A stretch of DNA of 64,000 bases from Felis catus (taxonomy: Eukaryota), in NCBI RefSeq assembly GCF_018350175.1, contig NC_058368.1:116994001-117058000 (forward strand). Direction: 5' to 3'. Under the pieces are notes generated by a model. That model ran no database searches. It had not been told where the DNA came from and worked only from the letters and a program-made list of their open reading frames with translations. A program made the translations under genes and the position numbers. This document shows positions 38,382 to 53,599 of the stretch, piece by piece; position 1 is the stretch's first letter, and each line of letters opens with the position of its first letter.

Positions 38382-39962
38382 TAAAAAAATGTTTTAAAAT
38401 GGTTTTTCTGTTAAGAACTTAACAAGAATGTGATATCATGTTGGCTAAATAAATGGAAAGAAACACAAAGTCAATCCACTTAGGGAAAAGAAGAAAGGAG
38501 ATGCCTAAAGAGCAACTTTACAGATTTTCCAATCTCTCTCCAGTCTGCTTTCTCCCTTGGGTTTTTGGAAACAAATATGTGCTCTTTTAATAAATCTCCT
38601 TTTAATTATGATAGCTAAGTGGATTTTTCCCTTGTGAAAAGCATGTTTAGATATTCTTTCATGGGTTGAACTTTACTATTAATTGGAAATTTTTAACTTA
38701 GGGTTTTTATATTAATGTAATATTTGGGATCAAAAGTTTGTGGAATATTAGTAAGGGATAAGCACAAGCTTTTGTTAAAATGTATGATTTTGAGAAGAAT
38801 TGGTGGCTATTTTCAAATTTTAGTTTTTGGAATGTCTTATGAAAATTCTATGTAGGAGTTTTTGAATATAATTAGTGTCATAATAGCATTAGGGTGAAAT
38901 AACATTGACAATGTGAAATGTGTTCTAAAAGAGATGTATACCTTTTTTGTAGAATCTTTATAACCTGGTTGTTATGTTCTGGTTTTTGTTTGTATTTTAG
39001 AATCTATTCCATTGCATAGTGGAAGCCAGAGTGTTTTGCCATTTGATGAAATACATTTAGATCACTCCGAACTATTGCAAATTACTATTCAAAAGAGCAT
39101 AGAAAATGGCTACTTGGGAATATGGGGTCTTGTTTATCCAGCTCATATAATGAACTAGGGTCCCAGAAAAAAAGGGGGTCTTCTACATTAGGAGGAGAAT
39201 CCATCTATGAGAATTTTAAAATTAATTGTGATTTATTGATTGATCTATTCAACAAATATTTGTTGAGTATCCACCATGTGTCAGGGACTCTTATAGATGT
39301 TGGGGGATGTGGAAGTCAACAAAACAAAGTTCTCAAGTACACAAATGACACAGAAAAGGAAAAACTAATTATGTATGTATATGCTATATCAGATGGTGGT
39401 CAATACTAAGGAGAAAAAGCAGGGTAAGAGTTATAGGACTTATATGCATTTTCCCATAGTTTGAAAGTTTCATAAAATCATAATTCTCTGGCCTTATGTT
39501 GAAATGGCATCATAAACTGGAACTAACTGGTAGTTTTTTCTTTGATATGATTCAACCAATGGGAACCACAATTCTGTCACATACACTGCCTAGAATTTGA
39601 AAGAAAATCCAGAAGAATTAACCCTTTCCTTTTTGCTGAGGGAATTTTAAGAAATCACGTAAGCATATGCTGTTATTTTTATAAGAATGACGTACCACTA
39701 TTGTCTTCTTTCACTTCTCATCTTTCGGAGCACCTCACCCATACTACAGGTTTTAAAAAGTAAGGACCATGTTTAGGTTTTTTGCTGATCTGTTTCAGAA
39801 CTTAGTACATAGATATCAATAACATTTTTTTTAAATGAAGGAATGAATAATTATAATTGCATGGTTTTCTGATTACATCATCTCCAAACCATTTCCAAAC
39901 TCCTAATAGCTGGCTAGATATCATACAGAGGGAATAAATTGTAGCAATTCTTTTCGAAGACA

Positions 39963-39986
39963 ACGCATGGTGGCGCTGCAGGCTAA
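39963..39986 (+). promoter_or_regulatory. Pcdh CSE (CTCF site)
   Basis: acgcatggtggCGCTgcaggctaa; CGCT lies 241 bp upstream of ATG 40215. Confidence 0.92.
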
Positions 39987-39992
39987 GGCGTT

Positions 39993-40040
39993 AAAAAAAA
40001 AAAAAAAAAAAGAAAAAAGAAAAAAAGAAAAAAAAAAAAA
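39993..40040 (+). repeat. A-rich tract (48 nt) directly 3' of the PCDHB15 CSE
   Basis: A runs interrupted by three G. Confidence 0.95.
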
Positions 40041-40181
40041 GCCCAGGAACTGCTACGAACTCTACCTTAGATCTATAGCCGAAGACAAAAGCCTGTAAGC
40101 AGAGTTCCGGACTGTAAGTCTTACTACTCACCATCATTTCTGGACAAGGTTACCGACTAAGAGATCTATCACCGTCCCTAA

Positions 40182-42614
<2,433 letters not shown>

Positions 42615-43612
42615 AAGTTTCCTGTTTGCTTTCACATTAGCTTTGTCTCCTTCACCTTTCTGTTTATTTTTTAATCCAGTAGTAATTTTAATTCTACTCC
42701 CCCCCCCTCCTTTTCCATAGTAAATTTACTTTGCTTTGTTGGCTTGGTTGTCTTATGATTATTTTTACAATTATTGTATAATCAGCAAAAATTTTTATCA
42801 GGAAATTCACATTTCTGATTAAAATTTTCATACTCATTCCTAAAGGATAATATGAAAGTTAACCTCTTAGAATAAACAATTCTCATTTTGAAAGTATTTT
42901 ACTGACTATATGATATTACATAAGAATGTCTGATTCCTTTTAACATACTTCATTTTTAAATTACTGGAATCTTTTTAGTTTCTATTAGTAACACAGCTAC
43001 AACTTTTGTATAACCCCTTGTGAGTTTTGGGTGAAATCAGTTTGTATATACTAATGTCTAGTTTCTTCTTCTGTTTGGATTTTTCTTTTACTAATAGGCA
43101 TCAATGTATATATTTTCATGCTATTTATTTTTTAAAAAATCACACTTGCAATCATTAGATTTTCACTCTGAAATATATATGTCACCTCATGAAAGTATAT
43201 CTTTATTATGATTTCTTTCTCATATTAATTAATGTTGAAAAGACTTATGGGTTGTCACTTACATGTAACTTAAATTACAATCCTGTTAAGAGTCCTGGGC
43301 AGATTTGCTGATACCCAGATTGACTGTGTTGAGGACGTTCCTAGATACTCTAAAGACTCTACTATCCAGTAATACATTGCGTACAGTTGTCCCCTGGGAT
43401 TGCAGAGTAATTCTCAAATGAGTTCCAAATTCTAGGCCTAGTGGAGCTTTTGATGGCACAATATGCCAGTATCTACTTGCCTTTGGATGATGACATTGTG
43501 CTTATTGTTAAGGGATTTGAAAGAAAATACATTGTATATTACTATTAGTTAGCCAAAGAAAATTTATCTCAACCTCCAGGAGCCTCTTAATTTTGGAAAT
43601 GCTGTAAAATGG

Positions 43613-45960
43613 TGTGCGTAGGAAGAATAATGGCCCCCTAAAGACATCTGCATCCTAATTCCCGGAACCTGTGAAGATGTTATGCTATACTGTGAAGAGG
43701 AATTAGGTTCAGATGGAATTAAGGTTGCTAATTAGCTAACTTTAAAATAGGGAGAATATCCCAGATGTTCTGTGTAGGAGTGATTTAATAAGTCAGAAGG
43801 CTTTAAGAACACATCTGAGTTTTCCCTCAGATGAGGAAGAAATTCTGTCTGTGGGCAGTGGCTTCAGCTTGTGCTCCAGAGTTTCAGCCAGCCTTGTAAT
43901 TGCCTGCCCTACAGATAATGGACTTGCCTAGCCAGCTCTCACAATTGAGTAAGTCACTTCCTTGCAACAAATCTTTCATTTTGTATCTCCTAATGGTTCT
44001 GTTTCTGCAGTTGAACACTGAATGCCACAGGTTTTGTTACCTGGGAGTGGAATGCTGTTGTAACAACTAAAATCATGAAAGTTGTTTTCGAACTGGAAGG
44101 AAGGCAGAGGCTGGAAGGATTTTGAAAAGCGTGATGGAAAAAGTCTAGATTGTTTAGGACAGACTGTTAGTAGAAATATGGATGTTAACAATTCTGCTAT
44201 CAAAGTCTCAGGAGGAAATGAGCATGGTGGAGAAAATATACGTTGCCTTACGGAATACCTAAATCCTTGTAAAGAGAATGCTGGTAGAAATATGGATGTT
44301 AAAGTCACTGATAATGAGGGCTAAGAAAGAAATGAGGTGAAGAAGGTGATATTGGAAAGTAAAGAGAATCCTTGTTATATAGTAGCAGAAAACTAGGCCG
44401 AGTTGTGTCCTGCAGTTTTACCGAAGGACTTGTAAATAATCAGCTTGGTTATTTAACTGAGGAGATTTCCAGGCAAGGAGTTGGAGGTGCAACCTGATTT
44501 CTTCTTGATGCTTATAATAAAATATGAGAGTAATGAGACAGATGGAGGGAAGAGCTGTTAAGCAAAAAGGGACTAGAACTTGGTCATGTGGGAAATTCTC
44601 AGCCTATTCAAACGGCAAAAGGGGCTCAAAAAGGAAAGTCACTATTAGGAAAGCATGCTTTAGAGAGAAAGCCAAGGGTGTCACAGGACAACCTTTTGAT
44701 AGTGCTTTGGAAGAATTAATAGGTAAGAGTATTCAGTCATGCAGCAGGTTCTTGAAAGAGATTAGGCATGTGTTTCATGGAAATCCCAAACATCTCAGCC
44801 CAAGTCAGGAATAGCCAGGAAAGAACTCTGAAGCATCCCTTTGTATAGGAGAGAAAATCCCTGTGACACACACAAGGGACTCAAAAGGTTCTTGAGAATG
44901 TTATACCGGCAGAAATATTACCAGCATAAGTTGGAAGGCACAGAGAGAATTATAGAAAAGAAACCTGTTGTACTTCACAATTATATAAGCAAGAAACGAC
45001 TGAAAAAACTACTTAGCTAAAACATGTACTACCCTCTCATGCAAAAGATGGCTCATAAGACAGAGCTGGAGCCTGGAGGGTGGAGCTCCAAACCCAGGCC
45101 TTGAAAGCAAATAGAGTTTTCCTGCATGGATTTCTACATTTCTTGGAACATATGACTGCTTTCATTTTCTTTTTTTTGAACTGGAATAACTATTGTTACC
45201 TATGCCCTCTTGTCATTATACAGTTTGAAGAACAGATAATTAGTTTTACTGGTCCACAGATGGAGAGGAATTATGGTCAGGATAGGTAATTAGAGTCTCA
45301 ACCATACCTAATTTAGATGATGTCACTGGTGAAATTTGGAACTTTTGAGTTGATGAGATTTAGATGAAATTATGGACTGAGTTGATACTATAATGAGATG
45401 AAATCTTTGGGGACCTTGAATATATTTTTTTAATGTGGAATGAATGTGGATCTTTGGGGGGGCAGAGAATGGAGTGTGGTAAGAAGGATAATGGCCCCAC
45501 AAAGTAATCTCTGGAACCGTGAATATCAAGTTTGTTAAGTGGCAAAAAGGAATTAAAGTTGCTGATAGAGTTAAAGTTGCTGATAGAATTAAAGTTGCTA
45601 ATCAGCTGACCTTAAACTAGATTACCCTAGACAATCCAGGTGAATCCAATGCAATCACAAGAGCCCTTAATAAGAGTCATTATCAGAGAGATGTTTTAGG
45701 AAAGACTTGGCCAGCCTTTGGTGAGTTTGAAGATGGAAGGGACCCTCCAGTGAAGGAATTCAGGGAGGCACTAGAAGCTAGATAAGGCAAAAATATATTC
45801 TCCCTTAGAGCCTACAGAAAGGGATGCAACCCTACCTTAAATATAGCCGAGTGAGACCCATTTTAGACTTCTGACTTCTAGAACTGTAAAATATTAAACT
45901 TGAGTTTTTAAGTCACAATTTTTTTGTAATTTGTTACAGCAACAATAGGAAGCAGAGAGA
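43613..45960 (+). mobile_element. MaLR (MLT1-type) element: LTR 43613-~44030, internal region, LTR 45475-~45960
   Basis: Both LTRs start tgtg...ataatggcccc..aaag...ggaacc; purine-rich tract before the second LTR; internal agaaatatggatgttaa repeats. Confidence 0.8.
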
Positions 45961-46139
45961 AGTGACTACTAAAAAGCCATTTCTGAACCCATTTTTCTTT
46001 GCCTTCCCCTATTCTAGGCCAAAATATTTATGTTCCCATGATCCCTTGCAGGTAGGAATATAGTATTCAGCTGTTCTTAATAATTTGAAAGTGCATTTGG
46101 GGAATTTTGCTTAAGGGAAATTTTTCTTTTTTTAAAGCT

Positions 46140-47010
46140 TTTTTCTTTTCTTTTTTTAAATTGAAGTATAGTTGATACACAATGTTAAATTAGTTTCAGG
46201 TGTATAATTCAGTAATTTAACAACTCCATATATTATGCTTTACTCATCACAAGTGTAGGTACCATCTTACAACACTATTACAATGTCATTGACTGTATTC
46301 CATATGCCCTACCTTTCATCCCCATGAATTATACATTCCATAACTGGAAGCCTGTGTCTCCCACTCTTCTTCACCTTTTGTACACATCGCCACTTCCCTC
46401 CTCTCTGACAAACACAAGTTTGTTCTTTGTGTTTGTGGGTCTGTTTTTGTTTCTGTTTTGGGTTTGTTCAGGTTTTTTTTTTTTTTTAGATTCCACATTC
46501 TATTTTTGAATTAGTGTTTTTGTTTTCTTTGGTTAAATAACAAATGTGTGTTACTGCCTTGTATGGTATTTCTATTTTTAGTTTTTTGAGGAAACACCAT
46601 ACTGTTTTCCACAGTGATTGCACCAATTTATATTCCTACCATCAGTTCAGGGGAGTTCCTTTTTCTCCACATCCTTGCCAACACTTGCTATTTCTTGTCT
46701 TTTTGATACCAGCCATTCTGACAGGTGTAGGTTGATACCTTATTTTGTTTGATTTGCATTTCCTTCATTATTGGTGATGTCAAGCATCTTTTCATGTATG
46801 TATTGGATATCTGTATGTCTTTAAAAAAAATGTGAGGTCCTCTGCCCATTAAATTGGATTATTTGCTTTTTAGTGTTGAGTTGTAGAAGTTCTTTATATA
46901 TTTTGATTATTGGATATGTCATTTGCAATTATCATCTCCCATTTAGTAGGTTGCCTTTTTATTTTGCTGATGCTTTTTTTACTGTGAAAAAGCTTTCAAT
47001 TTTGGTATAA
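46140..47010 (-). mobile_element. L1 3' fragment
   Basis: ttgaagtatagttga 3' end and ORF2 C-terminal remnants. Confidence 0.82.
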
Positions 47011-49261
47011 TTAAGGCAAATATTTCTCAGAGGGTTAGTCTGAGGTGGCATATTCTTAGGTCTTTTGCCCATGTTCCTTTTTCATAACCAGTGTATGTAC
47101 TGGTGAGTAAGCCTTGAGTTGAAGCAGCCAGTTTGCAGCCATGAGATGAATACTCAGAGATAATGTAGCTGACTTTATAGCTTCATTTAGTCATTTTCCA
47201 ATTTGGCTAATACAGACATAGATAAAAACTGAACTTTCAAAGGAATATTTTTGGCTAGTAGCAATGCCAAGGTTAAGTTCTAAAGAAGAGAATAAGAAGG
47301 TGAGCTGATAAGCTATACTTTAAAACCTGTGGAAGTGGTGCCCTGACAAAATGGCTATGATATTTATGGAATAATCCAGAACTGGTTTCCTTCTCAGGCA
47401 GGGAAGCAGCAGGACCAAAAAGTTTACTTAGTAAAATAAATTACCGAGGTATGTGTCCTGAAAATCTTCATAAGCAGATCATCAATCTAAATATCTTGGT
47501 AAAATATGCTTGGTAGAAAGATCAGAAATTCCTAACAACCTTTTCAAAACACAGAAATGTGTGTTTTGTAACAGGCTCAGAGACCCCCATGTGCCAGTAT
47601 TCACTACTCCTTTCTTAGGTTACTTCACAAATATTTGATTAGTATAGAATTTAAAGCCATCTCCCAAGGATAAATACTTAGGTCTTTCTTGGATTCATCT
47701 GGAATGCCTCAAAAAGAGCATTGCTTCCAATTTATCAGTGGAGTCATGAAAAAGCAATAAAAGTCTTTCATGATACATGACTTGTAATGCCTGGCCCAAT
47801 TTTAGAACTCCAGGGCTGCACTAAGTGTTTGTGTGTCTATGTTTGTATATGTGCGTGTGGCGGGGGGCGGGGGGAAGTAGCTTTAGTAGATGGTAGAGAT
47901 GCCCTGCATGCACATATAACTACTAGAGTAACATTGCTTTTCCATAGCTTTTCCACTTTTAAAGATATTTTTCCTTTAATGCATAAATGCATGTAATAAA
48001 CTTGGCATTGATAACGTAGTCTAGAAGAGATCCTATTTGCAAACTAAAGGCGCTTTATTTTTGTAATTTTAACAGTGCCAGCATTATTATATCTAGATGT
48101 TTGATAGCCCTCTTGTCCTTGAAGGAACAGCCCAGGAGAGGGAACTGTACAGTAGGTATGGTAATTTTTTCCCCCACTGAGTTCAGGAAACAATAAAGTT
48201 GACATCAGAATGTGACAGGGATGGGATTAGGATGAGACCAAGTTTGTGCAAGTGTGTGGTTATATCCTTTCTTTGTTTAATATTCTGATATTTTGTCCAT
48301 CATTGATTTTGTTCATTAAGTTTTTTATTTTTTTTTTTAGAATATTGCATTAAATAGTATCTGTCTTTAGTACTTCATTTTTGGGTGACATTAATTTTGT
48401 TTCTGAGACACTTGACTTAGCCTGGTCCAGGTCCTATTGGTTGTTTCCAACTTGCAAGTTCAAGTGGCCATTGCAGTACTTGTGTTATAGTCAGAGCTAG
48501 AATCTGAGCACTGAAATCTGAAGCAGTTGCCTCTCCATTCTGATTATGGGATAGTTGCAGCAAGGATAGAAGAATACAAATATACCCAAGGAGATCCAAT
48601 GAACTGGAGTCCTACAGACTGAGAAGAGAAAAGCACACCTATGGCTGTGACTGGCCAGGCAAATTGTTTACAATTTTCTTCCAAGTGGCATGCAGCTGTG
48701 TGAAAAATATTCTATCTGTTAGGTAGATTCGATCTGCTACTATGTTGTTGAGAATTTTGCATTTATGTTCATGAGTAATATTGACCTATATATTCTTTTC
48801 ATGTTATACTCTTACCAGGTTTAGTTTCAGGGTCATATTGGTCTCATAAAATGATTTGGCAATTGTTTCCTCCTCCTCTCTTTTATGAAAGAGTTTGTGT
48901 AAGATACTAGTTCTTCTTTATGTATCTGATAGAATTTACCACAAAAGACACATGTAGCTAACATTTTCTTCGTGGAAAGATTTTGAATTGTAAAATCAAT
49001 TGCTTAAATAGATAGGCTGCAATTCTCCCTTTCTGTTTCCTCTTGTGTCAGTTGGTAACTTGTGTTTTTTAAAACAATTTATCTATTTTATCAGATGTTA
49101 AATTTATTGACATGAAGTTATTGCTAATACTCCTTTATCATCTGTTCAATATATTTAGAATCTGTAATGATGCGCCTTTTTCATTCTGGGTATTGGTAAA
49201 ATACATTATCTCTCCTTTTGTCTTTATCAGTATTGGTTTATCAGTATCAATTTTATTAATC

Positions 49262-49487
49262 TTTTTTTTTTAATTTTTTTTCAACGTCTTTTATTTATTT
49301 TTGGGACAGAGAGAGACAGAGCATGAACGGGGGAGGGGCAGAGAGAGAGGAAGACACAGAATGGGAAACAGGCTCCAGGCTCCGAGCCATCAGCCCAGAG
49401 CCTGATGCGGGGCTCGAACTCACGGACCGCGAGATCGTGACCTGGCTGAAGTCGGACGCTTAACCGACTGCGCCGCCCAGGCGCCCC
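49262..49487 (-). mobile_element. Young felid-type SINE with TSD
   Basis: ttttattaatcttttt duplicated on both sides. Confidence 0.92.
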
Positions 49488-49751
49488 ATTTTTATTAATC
49501 TTTTTAAAAAACCAATCTTATTCTTTGTTATTTTCCTATTTCTGTTTTTTATTTCATTGACTTCCACTCTTATATTTTTGTTTCTTTCTCTATACTTTGG
49601 GTTTAGTTTTATTCCCCTAGTTTCTCTGAAGATTTAGATAATTGATGCTAGACTTCTTTAATATATACATACATACATATATAGGGATTAAAATATATAA
49701 AGAAAACCTATACATTTCTTTCCATGCATTATTGAAGCTACATTTCATGAA

Positions 49752-49939
49752 TTTTTTAAAGTTTATTTCTTTTGAGAGAGACAGAGACAGCACGAGCAGG
49801 GGAGGGACAGAGTGAGAAGGAAAGAGAACCCGCCAGTGCAGAGCCAGGCAGGGGGCTCGAACTTTTGAAAGTGTGAGATCATGACTGGAGCCAAAACCAA
49901 GAGTCAGATGCTCGACCAACTGAGCCACCCAGGCACCCC
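49752..49939 (-). mobile_element. Can-SINE
   Basis: TSD-like ctacat(t/c)tcatgaatttt. Confidence 0.87.
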
Positions 49940-50425
49940 TACATCTCATGAATTTTGATACATTCAGTTTGAATTCGTCTGTAATTTCCCTGTTGATTTC
50001 TTATTTAAACTACTGGTTAACTGGAAGTATGTTGCTTCATGTCCAAATATCCAGAGATAACATTTTTCATAGTGAAAATAATTGTTTTGGTCTGGAAACA
50101 TCCTCAGTATGATTTTGATCCTTTGAAATTTATTGGGTTTTGTTGTTATCCAATATATGGGTTATCTTGGTGAGTTTCCCATGTGTACTTAAATGTGTAT
50201 TTAGTATGCTATATCAATTAAACCAAGTTGCTTGATAATGTTGCTTGATTTTTCTTTATTCTTACCATTTCTCCTACATGTTTTTCTGTCAGTTATTGAG
50301 ATAAAATGTTAAATTCTTAGACAAATTCACAATCATAATTTATTTCTCCCTTCTGGTGTAGCATTTTGTAAAAATTCATACATTTTGAAGCTCTGTTGTT
50401 AGATATGCACAAGGATTATTTTATC

Positions 50426-50680
50426 TTTTTTTAAATTTGTTTTTAATTCAAAAAATGTTTTAATGTTTATTTTTGAGAGAGAGAGAGAGAGAGAGACAGA
50501 GACAGAGAGCGCACAATCAGAGGAGGGGCAAAGGGAGAAGGAAACAGACAAAATCCAAAGCAGGCTTCAGGCACTGAGCTGTCAGCACAGAGCCCAATAC
50601 GGGGCTTGAACTCATGAACCAAAAGATCATGACCTGAGCCAAAGTCAGATGCTTAACCGACTAAGCCACCCAGGTGCCCT
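50426..50680 (-). mobile_element. Can-SINE
   Basis: TSD-like gga(t/c)tattttatctt. Confidence 0.87.
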
Positions 50681-50829
50681 GGACTATTTTATCTTCTTGA
50701 TGAACTGACACTAGTATGAAACATCCCGTTTAGTGTCTGGTAATACTGTTAATCTGATATTACTATAATCACCCTATATTTCTTATGCTTAGAGTTCATA
50801 TGATATATCTTTTCCCTCCTTTTACTTTC

Positions 50830-51211
50830 TCATCCTTTTTATTTTCTTTTTTAATTTTATTTATTTATTTTTAAAATTTGGTTAAAATTTAGTTTAAAAT
50901 TTCCAAATTGGTTACCATATAGTGCAACAATGATTTCAGGAGTAGATTTATCAGTGCCCCTTACCCATTTAGCCTATCCCCTCTCCCTCAACCCCTCCAT
51001 AACCCTCTGTTTGTTTTCCATATTTAAGAGTCTCTTATGTTTTGTCCCCCTCCCTGTTTTTATATTATTTTGGGTTCCCTTCCCTTATGTTCATCTGTTT
51101 TGTCTCTTAAAGTCCTCATATGAGTGAAGCCATATGATACTTGTTTTTCTCTGACTGATGTAGTTGCAGATGGCAAGATTTTATTCTTTTTGATTGCCGG
51201 GTAATACTCCC

Positions 51212-51254
<43 letters not shown>

Positions 51255-51855
51255 CACATCTTCTTTATCCATTCATTCATCGGTGGACATTTGGGCTCTT
51301 TCCATACTTTGGCTATTGTTGATAGTGCTGCTATAGACATTGGGGTGCATGTGTCCCTTCGAAACAGCACACCTGTATCCCTTGGATAAATACCTAGTAG
51401 TGCAANNNNNNNNNNNNNNNNNNNNNNNNNNNNNNNNNNNNNNNNNNNNNNNNNNNNNNNNNNNNNNNNNNNNNNNNNNNNNNNNNNNNNNNNNNNNNNN
51501 NNNNNNNNNNNNNNNNNNNNNNNNNNNNNNNNNNNNNNNNNNNNNNNNNNNNNNNNNNNNNNNNNNNNNNNNNNNNNNNNNNNNNNNNNNNNNNNNNNNN
51601 NNNNNNNNNNNNNNNNNNNNNNNNNNNNNNNNNNNNNNNNNNNNNNNNNNNNNNNNNNNNNNNNNNNNNNNNNNNNNNNNNNNNNNNNNNNNNNNNNNNN
51701 NNNNNNNNNNNNNNNNNNNNNNAATTTTGTTTTGGGGGTGTTGAGTTTGATAAGTTCTTTATAGATTTTCAATACTAACCCTTGATCTGATAGGTCGTTT
51801 GCAAATATCTTCTCCCATTCTGTCCATTGCCTTTTAGTTTTGCTGATTGCCGTCT
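50830..51855 (-). mobile_element. L1 3' fragment containing (TG)n at 51214-51252
   Basis: ORF2 C-terminus ALLGIYPRDT...WKEPKCP; N run at 51406-51722. Confidence 0.9.
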
Positions 51856-51999
51856 TAATATTTTAAATACATCATATGTAAACACAGAATTGGATCTTGC
51901 TTTTTTTAATCCAGTTTTATCATTTTTGTCTCTTAATTGTAGAGTTAGTTCCATTTATATTTAATGTAATTATTTATATTATTGTGTCTATTGCAATTT

Positions 52000-53195
52000 T
52001 TTAAATATTTTTTGTTTTTAATATAAGTTATTGCTAAGTTGGCTAACATACAGTGTATACTGTGTGCTCTTGGTTTTGGGGGTAGATTACCATGATTCAT
52101 CGCTTACATACAAACACACAGTGCTCATCCCAACAAGGGCCCTCCTCAATGCTCATCACCCATTTTCACCTCTCCCCCAACACTGTTTGTTCTCTGTATT
52201 TAAGAGTCTCTTACAGTTTGCCTCCCTCCCTCTATGTTTGTAACTATGTCTCCCCTTCCCTACCCCCGTGGTCTTCTGTTACGTTTTTCAAGTTCACATA
52301 TGAGTGAAAACATATGATACCTGTCCTTCTCTGACCGATTTATTTCGCTTAGCATAATACCCTCCAGTTCCATCCACGTTGCTGCAAGTGACAGGATTTC
52401 ATTCCTTCTCTTTGCTAAGTAGTAGTCCATTCTATATGTAAACCATATCTTCTTTATTCATTCATTAGTTGATGGACATTGAGGCTTTTTCCATAATTTG
52501 GCTACTGTTGAAACCACTGCTATAAACATTGGGGTACATGTGCCCCTATGCATCAACACTCCTGTATCCTTAGGATAAATTCCTAGTGGTGCTATTGCTG
52601 AGTCGTAGGGTAGTTCTATTTTTAGTTTTTTGAGGAACCTCCACACCATTTTCCAGAGCAGCTGCACCAGTTTGCATTCCCACCAACAGTGCAAGAGGTT
52701 TCCCGTTTCTCCACATCCTCTCCAGCATCTGTTGTTTCCTGAGTTAATAATTTTAGCCACTCTGACCAGTGGGATGTAGTATCTCAGTGTGGTTTTGATT
52801 TGCATTTCCCTGATGATGAGTGAAATTGAGCATCTTTTCATGTGTCTGTTGGCCGTCTGGATGTCGTCTTCTTTGGAGAAGTGTCTATGTCTTTTGCCCA
52901 TTTCTTCACTGGAATATTTGTTTTTCAGGTGTTGGCTTTGGTAAGTTCTTGATAGATTTTGGGTACTAACCCTTTATCTGATACGTCATTTGCAAATATC
53001 TTTTCCCATTCCGTTGATTGCCTTTTAGTTTTGTTGATTATTTCCTTCGCTGTGCAGAAGCTTTTTATCTTGATGAGGTCCCAATAGTTCACTTTTGCCT
53101 TTAATTCCCTTGCCTTTGGAGACATGTCAAGCAAGAAATTGCTGTGGCTGAGGTCAAAGAAGTTGTTGCTTGTTTTCTCTAGGGTTGTTGTGGTT
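52000..53195 (-). mobile_element. L1 3' fragment
   Basis: ORF2 peptides [20 protein letters not shown] and CWWECKLVQ. Confidence 0.92.
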
Positions 53196-53599
53196 TAAGA
53201 TTTTATTTTTTAAGTAATCTCTACAACCAATGTTGGGCCCAAACCCACAACCCATAGATCAAGAGTTGCATGCTCTACCAACTGAGCCAAACAGGCACCC
53301 CTACTGCAGTTTTTTGTACCATCTATTTTCATTCCTTTGTTTCTTGTTTACTGGGTTTGGATTTTGTTGGTTTGTTTTGCTTAATTGTGTATTTTTTTGT
53401 ATTCCATTTTATATCCTAAATTAACTTTTTACCTGTAACGTTTTTGGGGGTATCTCAGGATATGAATACACAGCCTTTCCTTAACACAATCGACCTTAAG
53501 TTTTTATTATTTCACTTCACCAATAATGTGAAAAACTTTCTATTAGGTGATCCTCATCTTTTTTTTGTCATGGCAGAAAAGATCAGTACAAGACATAGG

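Larger units (their letters stand above)
48715..53560 (-). mobile_element. Old L1M ORF2 remnant interrupted by younger SINEs and L1s
   Basis: ttgagaattttgcatttatgttcatgag and similar antisense ORF2 motifs resume between the insertions. Confidence 0.7.
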
